Shown here: positions 51,003 through 58,826 of the stretch, one piece after another
Layout of the letters: each line of letters starts with the position of its first letter
Position numbering within the stretch: the stretch's first letter is position 1
NCBI GenBank assembly: GCA_038064575.1
Contig: JBBTST010000001.1
Location: forward strand, 99,650-163,649
Origin: Patescibacteria group bacterium
GTDB lineage: Bacteria; Patescibacteriota; WWE3; UBA101185; 2-01-FULL-41-18
Direction: 5' to 3'
DNA: 64,000 bases
Program-made: the position numbers and the translations under genes
The notes under the pieces: generated by a model
Told to the model about the DNA's origin: nothing
The model's database searches: none
What the model saw: the letters and a program-made list of their open reading frames with translations, nothing else

Positions 51003-51755
51003 TTATAGATATGGCCAAAATAACCATAAAATTCTATAGAGTAGTACAAAAACCAGAAAGAGGCTGATAAAACTTATCCACTTAAGCCGCTCTCTCCCAA
51101 AAACAGCCGTCAACCCACAGGCTAGTACAAACAAGGGGATATTAATACCAAGCCACAGCATTGGGTGACCACTTTGGGGGTATAACCCAGTCATAGCAAT
51201 GGTAACCAAAGAAAGGATTGCTGTGGATAACCCCACAAAATTTCTAAGTCTTCTGGGAATCTCCATCTTAACCAAATTTCCCTCAATTACTCCTACTCCC
51301 CACGCACCTAATAAAAATGCAAGGAAGAGGATTAAAGCTAGCCCCGGCAGCTTATGTTCAACTCTCCCCCAATCAAGAGCATAAAAAGCCTGTTGAACAC
51401 CCATATCCCCCATCAGCATCCAAAGAACTACCATTTCCACTATGTAAGCACCCGTAAGGAGGAAGAGTAGAGTTCCAAAAGGCTTGGATCCTATTTTTAG
51501 ATGCATTGCCCCTGCAGCACAACTGGTTGCCACAACAAAGACCTTGATTGGCATCCAAAACATCTTGGGAAGCTGAAAGACTAGCTCCAAGGGGGTCGCT
51601 AAAAGAGTCAGTACGGCAGCTGCCAAAAGCAAGGCTATTACACCCTTGGGCAAGGTTTCGTTCCTGACGCTTACTGTAACCAAACCAATCCCCATAGCAC
51701 CACCCAAGAGCAGCACTAACAGGACCGGCAAGGCGCTAACTGTTTGTGAAAACAT
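51003..51755 (-). CDS. hypothetical polytopic membrane protein (~7 TM) at the head of the atp operon
   Basis: 250 aa, Leu/Gly-rich TM helices; visibly higher GC than its neighbours; too large to be a typical AtpI. Confidence 0.4.
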   Translation of the reverse strand: MFSQTVSALPVLLVLLLGGAMGIGLVTVSVRNETLPKGVIALLLAAAVLTLLATPLELVFQLPKMFWMPIKVFVVATSCAAGAMHLKIGSKPFGTLLFLLTGAYIVEMVVLWMLMGDMGVQQAFYALDWGRVEHKLPGLALILFLAFLLGAWGVGVIEGNLVKMEIPRRLRNFVGLSTAILSLVTIAMTGLYPQSGHPMLWLGINIPLFVLACGLTAVFGRERLKWISFISLFLVFVLLYRILWLFWPYL

Positions 51756-51867
51756 TGTCTGTTTCTCCTTTTTTGTAGATTTTTCATTAACTTAAGCCAA
51801 AAACCCAAAAATAGCAAATTGGTTAAAACATATTGACTTTCGTCTTATATTTGGTTATTAACAGCTA

Positions 51868-52113
51868 GTGTATGAAGAAGTAAATGCAAAAATAAAAGTG
51901 GCGGGGGTGTATGAAAATAACTTATTTTGGCCGCGTAAATTTGTCTGGAATGGAAAACTTTATGAAATAGAGCAAATTACACTAACAAGCGAATTAAGAG
52001 ATGCAGGAGTCAAAAAACGCCTCTATAGTGTACTCTCCAAGGGCACTGTGTACAGACTTCTATTTAACAGAGATAATGAAACCTGGTTTTTAAGGGCTCT
52101 GTGGCTGGACTGA
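51868..52113 (+). CDS. hypothetical small protein co-transcribed with dinB
   Basis: 81 aa; its stop overlaps the dinB start by 13 nt. Confidence 0.3.
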   Translation: MYEEVNAKIKVAGVYENNLFWPRKFVWNGKLYEIEQITLTSELRDAGVKKRLYSVLSKGTVYRLLFNRDNETWFLRALWLD

Positions 52114-53333
52114 ACTTTCTGCATATAGACATAAATTCCTACTTTGCCACAATGCTCCAGCAAGAGAACCCAGATTTGCGGGGAAAACCCGTTGGAGTGA
52201 TCAAAGATAAGGGCAGAACCTGCATAATCGCCGCATCAAAAGAAGCTAAAAAGTTGGGTGTCAAAACAGGTTGTAATGTAAAAGAGGCTAAAATTCTTGC
52301 TCCGCATATTATTCTTGTTCCAGCAGAGTTTGATATATATCTTGATGCCACAAAAAAGCTTAAAAAAATCTTTGAGAATATTACTCCGGACGCTGAAATA
52401 TTTTCTCTTGATGAGGCCTTTATCCCACTAAAGACTCTAAAGTATATATATCCAAATCCTCACAAGTTAGCCATTAAAACCAAACTAACAATCAAAGAAG
52501 TCCTTGGAGAGTGGATAACCTGCAACATAGGCATTGCCAAAAACAGACTTTTAGCCAAAATTGCAAGCGAAATAGCTCCAAAAGATTCAATTTTTGAGAT
52601 CAATGAGCAGAATGAAGAAGAAATACTAAAAACGGTAAATTTCTCTGATGTTTGCGGAGTGGGGTTCAAACTTGAAGCAAGACTTAAGGAGCTTGGAGTA
52701 GAACACCCTTATCAAATCAGAACTATTCCAACTGACCTGCTTGAAACAAAGTTTGGACTCTTTCTGGCTGAAGCCTTGATACAGATAGGACGGGGAGAAG
52801 GCTCTTACATTCTTGACAGAAGTAGCGCAGCACACATGAAAAGTGTAAGCAGAACAATCACCCTCTTTAAACTGTGCGGCAATGAAACACAAATAAAAAG
52901 CGTTCTTTATAACTTAGCAGAAGAAGTAACTTACAAAGTAAGAAGAATGGACATGGCAGGGCGCCAAGTGGGTTTTTTCCTCCAGGGAGAAGAAAAAACA
53001 ATTAGCGCACATAGGACTCTCAAACAGTACATAAGACACACAAATGAAATGGTTGAAATTATTGAGGACTTGTATAAAAATCGCAAAAGAACTTTTAGAG
53101 TTATCAAATTTGGAGTTTTTCTTTCTTACTTGAAACCCCTAAAAGAAGTTCCCCCCACACTTTTTTCTGAATGGTACAAAAACGAAAAGCTTTATAAGTC
53201 TTTGGATGCAATCTCACAAAAATATGGTCTTTTCACTGTGAGATCCGGACTTTTGACGCAAGTTAAAGACATAATAAGACCGGAGGTAACAGGCTATCTG
53301 GGAGATAAGAAGTATCAGTTTATGGAAGAGTAA
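52101..53333 (+). CDS. dinB: DNA polymerase IV (Y-family)
   Basis: N-terminal FLHIDINSYFATMLQQENPDLRGKPVGV (UmuC/DinB catalytic-core signature); palm/fingers and little-finger regions. Confidence 0.8.
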   Translation: MAGLNFLHIDINSYFATMLQQENPDLRGKPVGVIKDKGRTCIIAASKEAKKLGVKTGCNVKEAKILAPHIILVPAEFDIYLDATKKLKKIFENITPDAEIFSLDEAFIPLKTLKYIYPNPHKLAIKTKLTIKEVLGEWITCNIGIAKNRLLAKIASEIAPKDSIFEINEQNEEEILKTVNFSDVCGVGFKLEARLKELGVEHPYQIRTIPTDLLETKFGLFLAEALIQIGRGEGSYILDRSSAAHMKSVSRTITLFKLCGNETQIKSVLYNLAEEVTYKVRRMDMAGRQVGFFLQGEEKTISAHRTLKQYIRHTNEMVEIIEDLYKNRKRTFRVIKFGVFLSYLKPLKEVPPTLFSEWYKNEKLYKSLDAISQKYGLFTVRSGLLTQVKDIIRPEVTGYLGDKKYQFMEE

Positions 53334-53664
53334 ACTCACTTCCCATGGAATCAAATTTGCTAATATCATACTTTGGCCTTATCTCTTCCCCAGGCTTTTT
53401 AACACCGAGCGCAAAATTGAGGGCGTTTACTATACTTGCAGAAATTCTAAGCCCTGTAAAAGATCCCGGTCCCTCATTCATAGAAAAAATTGAGACATCA
53501 GAAAATTTTAATTTATTTCTAACTAACAGCTCTTCTATTGAAGAAACCACATCCACCTCCCCGGAGATTTCATCAAGCGCTTTCTTATCCTTAAGCAATC
53601 GAATAATGTTTTTGTGTCTGTCGGTACAGTCAATAAAAACTTCAACCATAAACTCAACAATCAA
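53320..53664 (-). CDS. tsaB: TsaB-like protein (N-terminal domain only, short form)
   Basis: GPGSFTGLRI motif and an N-terminal FIDCTD strand (compare LALDTS); adjacent to tsaE. Confidence 0.55.
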   Translation of the reverse strand: MIVEFMVEVFIDCTDRHKNIIRLLKDKKALDEISGEVDVVSSIEELLVRNKLKFSDVSIFSMNEGPGSFTGLRISASIVNALNFALGVKKPGEEIRPKYDISKFDSMGSEFTLP

Positions 53665-54091
53665 AATTTGTTACAATTTTGCGAGTTTTTTCATCTACAA
53701 ATTCAAAATCTATTCTTTTAGCATCCTCTTTTACAAATCCTCCAAGTACATCCGGCCACTCAACCAAGGCAACAGACAAATCACCAGCTATTATATCTTC
53801 AATCCCCAAATCCAAAGCCTCCTGTAAAATTCTTGCTCTATACAAATCAAGATGATAAATCCTTTTTATACCCCTTAGCATCTTGGTAAGTTTATAATCT
53901 CTAACAAAAACAAAAGTTGGACTTTGCACCCTAATTGAAGAATCAATAGCCGCCAAAAAACCGGTTACAAAAGTAGTTTTACCGCTTCCTAAATTGCCAT
54001 ACAAAAAGAACGCATCTCCTGCCTTACATCTCAGAGCTATTCTAGCAGCCAAGTCTTGAGTTTCCCTGGGAGAACTGGTAAGTATTTCCAT
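53654..54091 (-). CDS. tsaE: tRNA t6A biosynthesis ATPase TsaE
   Basis: P-loop GNLGSGKTTFV; small size. Confidence 0.75.
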   Translation of the reverse strand: MEILTSSPRETQDLAARIALRCKAGDAFFLYGNLGSGKTTFVTGFLAAIDSSIRVQSPTFVFVRDYKLTKMLRGIKRIYHLDLYRARILQEALDLGIEDIIAGDLSVALVEWPDVLGGFVKEDAKRIDFEFVDEKTRKIVTNFDC

Positions 54092-54441
54092 AAAAGCAGT
54101 CCTGTAACTAGGATACCGGAAGAGTCTATCAAAAAATCAGAGATTTTTCCCGTTCGGGTAGGAACAAATGATTGATGCACTTCATCAAAGGCCGCATAAA
54201 AAATAGCAAAAATTATACTCAGAAAAGCGTTTTTTGTGGCCCTAAAGTAGGTAACGCATAAAAGGGTATATTCAGCAATGTGCAACGCTTTTCTGATCCA
54301 AAAGTTTGCGCTCCCATCAGAAGAAAAGTCAGCTCCGGGGAGGGAGGACAACACAAAAATCACAGCCATCCAAAATAGTGAAGGAAGCCACAATGACACA
54401 ACTCTCTTAACTTTTTCACATCTTGTAATTTTGTCAGCCAT
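54037..54441 (-). CDS. VanZ-like membrane protein
   Basis: RKALHIAEY...FDEVHQSFVPTRTG resembles the VanZ signature; 4 TM helices. Confidence 0.5.
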   Translation of the reverse strand: MADKITRCEKVKRVVSLWLPSLFWMAVIFVLSSLPGADFSSDGSANFWIRKALHIAEYTLLCVTYFRATKNAFLSIIFAIFYAAFDEVHQSFVPTRTGKISDFLIDSSGILVTGLLLWKYLPVLPGKLKTWLLE

Positions 54442-54448
54442 TTTCCTT

Positions 54449-55693
54449 CTACCTTATATGAAAATAATAACTCACAATGCCATCCCCATGATCAATTGCC
54501 GCAAAATTCATCTTAATTCCATAACAGGGTGTTGTACCCTTAATAAGGGTACCATCATCAGGCGCATAAATAAGAGTATTTGATGCAACCATGTCTATTC
54601 CCGTATGTTGTCCGCCAAGATACCTCCAAGACCAAGGAGTCCGCCCGTATCTTTGGGTTATCTCAGGAGTTTTCATAGGCCACTCCCATTTGCCACTACC
54701 TATTTTCTTGTAACCTGAGGCATAGTCGCTAACATACAAAGTTTTAGATTTCAGGTAACTTTCGCTATTTACAGCTTTCCCATTTTTTCTCATCTCAAAG
54801 TGTAAGTGTGCCCCTGTTGAACAGCTTGGATATCCCGAGTTACCCATGACAGCAATTGTATTTCCTTTCTTAACTTTAGACCCGTTTTTAAAATTTGTTG
54901 AGGCAACAGCACCTTCGATAGCTGCAATCTCTCCTTGAGCTTGTCTCAGTAAATCCTGATATGTTGCCTCACTTCCCCTGGTTTGTGTCAAAAGCGCATC
55001 TTTCTCACTTTTTTGCCTGGCAAGGGATGCCTTCAAACCCTCTAAACCTCTTTTTTCATTTTCAATTCTTAATTTAACCTCTTCAACTTTTACTTTTTTC
55101 TCCTCAAGAGTAAGTTTCTGGCCTTCATAGTTTCTCTTTGTATCAGTAAGTATTGCTATAAACTTTTTATCCTGCTCCTCAATCTCTTTTATATATTTAA
55201 TTTTTTGCAAAAACGAATTTACATTTTCATTAAACACATAAAACAAAAGAGAGATGCTTCCGGCTTTATATCTTGATCTGACACGCTCATTTAATAAGGC
55301 CGATTGATAAGAAACAGCACCCCCAAGCTTGTCTATTTTTCCTCCCAGTACTCCTATATCTCCAATAAGACCTTTAAGCTCATCTTCTTTTTCCTCTATG
55401 GTTTTTGTTGCTGTTTTAATTTTTAGCTGAACAAGACTTACTTGATCATCAATACTCTCTATTTCATTTTGCAGAGTTTTCTCTTTTTTTTCTAATTCTG
55501 AAATCTTTCTTTCATATTTATCTTCAAGCTTTTTGCAGTCCTCCAAAGTATCGCAAATTTTATCTTCCTCCCCTCCTATTCCTAATGGTCTTTGGAAAAG
55601 CTCATCATGCGCCAAAGCAACTTTTGAAACATTTAATGCTGACGCAAAAAGAGCCAAAAAAAACAAGGCAAGGAAGATAGCTTTTTTGAACAT
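54449..55693 (-). CDS. coiled-coil M23 peptidase (EnvC-like murein hydrolase activator)
   Basis: Long N-terminal coiled coil; C-terminal M23 motifs (HTGIDM, GAHLHFEMRKNG); immediately downstream of ftsEX. Confidence 0.7.
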   Translation of the reverse strand: MFKKAIFLALFFLALFASALNVSKVALAHDELFQRPLGIGGEEDKICDTLEDCKKLEDKYERKISELEKKEKTLQNEIESIDDQVSLVQLKIKTATKTIEEKEDELKGLIGDIGVLGGKIDKLGGAVSYQSALLNERVRSRYKAGSISLLFYVFNENVNSFLQKIKYIKEIEEQDKKFIAILTDTKRNYEGQKLTLEEKKVKVEEVKLRIENEKRGLEGLKASLARQKSEKDALLTQTRGSEATYQDLLRQAQGEIAAIEGAVASTNFKNGSKVKKGNTIAVMGNSGYPSCSTGAHLHFEMRKNGKAVNSESYLKSKTLYVSDYASGYKKIGSGKWEWPMKTPEITQRYGRTPWSWRYLGGQHTGIDMVASNTLIYAPDDGTLIKGTTPCYGIKMNFAAIDHGDGIVSYYFHIR

Positions 55694-55699
55694 ACGGGA

Positions 55700-56635
55700 T
55701 TAATACTTCAAGTACTTCTTAATTGCAAATGCACTGCCCATAAAACCCAGAGCAATACCAAAAAGTGTTTGAAGTGAAGCAAAAGCTACAAAAGAGGCAA
55801 TTCTATCCAAAACGCTCATACTTTTTCCAAAAAATGGCGCCCAGTAAATAAATTCTAAAGGCCCTATCTCAACGCTTATGCCTTTAACTATTCCACCAAT
55901 CACAGGGGCCACAAAAGGCAAAACCCCATAAATCAAAAGGGTAGAAATAAAGGCTGCACCAACTCCATAAAAAACTCCTTGTAAAACAAGCGGAGCTTTC
56001 ACATATTTATCAGAGGCTCCTACAAGCTTTAAAATCTCAACTTCCAAACCTTTTGAATGAATAGTAATACCAACGGTCATCCAAATAACAACCATGGACT
56101 CAAGAATAAGAACCACTAACAGCATTACGCTGCTTATACGCAAAATGTTGCTCCATCTTCTGAAAGTACTTACAACATCTTTATAAAACTTAACCTCTTC
56201 TACACCGTCTCGTTTTTTTAACTCTTCGGAAAGGACATCCAGATTCTCAATTTTATCAGACTTGACCTCTAAGCTTGCAGGAAGCGGGTTTGATTGCAAA
56301 GATTCAACTAAAGCAGGCTCATCTTTGGTAGCCTCTTTAAATATTTCCAGAGCTTCCTCTTTTGAAACATAGTTAACCTCATGGATTCTCTCATCCTTTT
56401 CAAGATTTTCTTTTACCTTAAGAATGGATTCTTCTGTAGTAGCATCAGTAAAATAAACTGATATCTGAGCTCTTCTTTCAAGATAGTGCAAAACAACACC
56501 CGAACCTACTAACAAAAAAATAAAAATATTTAAAGTTATTACTGCTTGTGCAATTACAAACACAGAATTTAGTGCAAGCCAAGGCTCTCTTTTGATGTTA
56601 CTTCTTAACATTTGAAGAGCTTTTTTAAGTTTCAT
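55700..56635 (-). CDS. ftsX: cell-division ABC permease FtsX
   Basis: Four TM helices with a large extracellular loop; downstream of ftsE with overlapping stop/start. Confidence 0.8.
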   Translation of the reverse strand: MKLKKALQMLRSNIKREPWLALNSVFVIAQAVITLNIFIFLLVGSGVVLHYLERRAQISVYFTDATTEESILKVKENLEKDERIHEVNYVSKEEALEIFKEATKDEPALVESLQSNPLPASLEVKSDKIENLDVLSEELKKRDGVEEVKFYKDVVSTFRRWSNILRISSVMLLVVLILESMVVIWMTVGITIHSKGLEVEILKLVGASDKYVKAPLVLQGVFYGVGAAFISTLLIYGVLPFVAPVIGGIVKGISVEIGPLEFIYWAPFFGKSMSVLDRIASFVAFASLQTLFGIALGFMGSAFAIKKYLKY

Positions 56636-57305
56636 TTCCTCCTTGATCTACATCCTGTACTACCTTCCCTTTATCCAAAACTATCACTCTTTTTTTGAGT
56701 TTATTTACAATATCCATATCATGAGTTGCCATAATAACCAAAGTTCCAAGTCCATTGATCTTTTCAAGCAGATCAACAACTTCAGCTGTGGCAATAGGGT
56801 CAATATTTCCTGTTGGCTCATCAGCAATTAACACCTTGGGTTCATGAGCTAAAGCTCGGGCAATAGTAAGCCTTTGTTTCTCTCCTCCCGATAGTTGATA
56901 GGGAAACGACTTCATCTTGGAAGAGAGACCAACAAGATTAAGTGCATTAGGAACTATTTGGGAAATTTCATATTCCGGTCTATCAACAACTTCCAAGGAT
57001 ACGGCAACATTTTCAAATACAGTTTTTGAATTCAAAAGCTTAAAATCCTGAAACACAACACCAATTTTTCTTCTAAGCTCAGGAAGCATTTTTTTATTCA
57101 TTTTTGTGATATCTACCCCATCAACAAAGATTGAGCCCGAGGAAGGAAGCTCTTCATGTATTAACAGCTTGATAAGAGTAGTTTTTCCGGCTCCTGAGGG
57201 ACCCACCAGGAATACAAAACTTGAAGAGGGTATTGAAAGAGTCAAATCCTCTACAGCCACCGTTCCATCTTTATATGACTTGGTAACACTTTCAAATTTA
57301 ATCAT
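56625..57305 (-). CDS. ftsE: cell-division ABC ATPase FtsE
   Basis: Walker A GPSGAGKTT, ABC signature LSGGEKQR, Walker B VLIADE. Confidence 0.85.
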   Translation of the reverse strand: MIKFESVTKSYKDGTVAVEDLTLSIPSSSFVFLVGPSGAGKTTLIKLLIHEELPSSGSIFVDGVDITKMNKKMLPELRRKIGVVFQDFKLLNSKTVFENVAVSLEVVDRPEYEISQIVPNALNLVGLSSKMKSFPYQLSGGEKQRLTIARALAHEPKVLIADEPTGNIDPIATAEVVDLLEKINGLGTLVIMATHDMDIVNKLKKRVIVLDKGKVVQDVDQGGNET

Positions 57306-57309
57306 AGCT

Positions 57310-57732
57310 TCAGTTGTAAACTACTTGTTCAACAAAAAAAACTTCTTTTTTACCATCATTAGTTCTTTCAACTTTACCTTTGAGCTTAACTGTAGCTCCT
57401 TCAACAAATTTAAGTTTATCGTCATCCGCTTTTAGAAGAATTATGTCTTTCCCCTGTGCATCTACAAGTTTGTAAGAAATGTTTTCGTCAGGATATGTGT
57501 CAGGATTAACGTATACAACTTTACCCAATTTCTGCGCAGGGTCTTGCAGGGTAACATTTTCAGAACTATCTTCTTTTTTTGCACCTTTAGTATTTTTTAA
57601 AAAGTTTGGGAGTTGACCAAGAATGAGTCCTAATAAAGCAAAAAGAGTAAAAACACAGGCAACAAGAACCACTAATTTCTTGCCTCTAAACCCTTCAAAA
57701 TAATCGTACAGTTTTTTAACGGCAGGAAGCAT
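57310..57732 (-). CDS. hypothetical membrane-anchored protein (possible OB-fold)
   Basis: N-terminal TM helix; C-terminal lysine-rich beta-like segment. Confidence 0.35.
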   Translation of the reverse strand: MLPAVKKLYDYFEGFRGKKLVVLVACVFTLFALLGLILGQLPNFLKNTKGAKKEDSSENVTLQDPAQKLGKVVYVNPDTYPDENISYKLVDAQGKDIILLKADDDKLKFVEGATVKLKGKVERTNDGKKEVFFVEQVVYN

Positions 57733-57744
57733 GGGCTCATTATA

Positions 57745-58746
57745 CTAAAGAGAAAGCATTGCCTCAATGAATTCATCTATATAACCATCTAGAACTTGTT
57801 CAGGATTAGTCACTTCATAGCCTGTTCTTAAATCTTTAACCATTTTATAAGGATGCAGCACATAGCTCCTAATTTGGTTTCCCCAACCTGCATTTTTATG
57901 CTCGCCTTTAATGACTTTCTTCTCTTTTTCAAGCTCCTCCTCCTTAAGCTTATAAAGTTTTGCTTTCAGTACTTTTAGGGCTAAATCTCTATTTCTTGCC
58001 TGATAACGTTCAGTCTGACATTCAACAACAATGCCTGTAGGCTTATGCTTAAGTCTCACAGCGGTTTCCACCTTATTTACATTTTGTCCACCATGCCCAG
58101 TTGACCGCTTGGATTCAAATTCAATATCCTCAGGTTTCATATCAATCTCAGAATCATCTTCAATGACAGGCATTACCTCAACCAACGCAAAAGAGGTTTG
58201 CCTTAAATTATTTGCATTAAAAGGTGAAAGTCTCACCAGCCTATGAACACCGCCTTCAAGCTTAAGTAACCCATAAGCAAACTCCCCTTTGATTTCATAC
58301 GTTACAGACTTAATTCCCGTCTCCTCTCCGTTTGTTCTGTCTATTTCCTCATACTTAAAACCTTTGAGATCACAATACCTCAAATACATTCTCAAAAGCA
58401 TCCCCGCCCAATCACACGCTTCAGTTCCTCCTTGCCCTGCGTGAATTGAAAAGATAGCATTTGAGGAGTCGTGCTTGCCTGAAAGATAGGTTTTAAGCTC
58501 TAATTTTTTGAGAAGCCGCTCAAATTCTACAAATTCCTGAGACTTGAGATAAAGTTCAAGAAGCAAAACTTCATCTAGCTGCCTTTTAAGATCTGAAAGC
58601 TCTTTTGAAAGCTTCTGTCCTTCCTGCCAATCGTCCCATAAAGTAGTGCTTGAAACAATTTCTTCAAGCTCAGAAAGTCTCTTTCTTTTTTCATCTATAT
58701 TTAGTTTTTTCTTCAGAGCTAAAAGCTTTTCCTCAAGTTCCTCCAC
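57745..58746 (-). CDS. prfB: peptide chain release factor 2
   Basis: GGQ motif ([16 protein letters not shown]) and SPF tripeptide (RLSPFNANN); single uninterrupted ORF. Confidence 0.8.
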   Translation of the reverse strand: MEELEEKLLALKKKLNIDEKRKRLSELEEIVSSTTLWDDWQEGQKLSKELSDLKRQLDEVLLLELYLKSQEFVEFERLLKKLELKTYLSGKHDSSNAIFSIHAGQGGTEACDWAGMLLRMYLRYCDLKGFKYEEIDRTNGEETGIKSVTYEIKGEFAYGLLKLEGGVHRLVRLSPFNANNLRQTSFALVEVMPVIEDDSEIDMKPEDIEFESKRSTGHGGQNVNKVETAVRLKHKPTGIVVECQTERYQARNRDLALKVLKAKLYKLKEEELEKEKKVIKGEHKNAGWGNQIRSYVLHPYKMVKDLRTGYEVTNPEQVLDGYIDEFIEAMLSL

Positions 58747-58826
58747 TTCCTCATTCTATAAGAAGATATAAGTATTCAGCAAACAACAGGTATACAGCCT
58801 CTATAACATCCCGCACAATACAAAGA

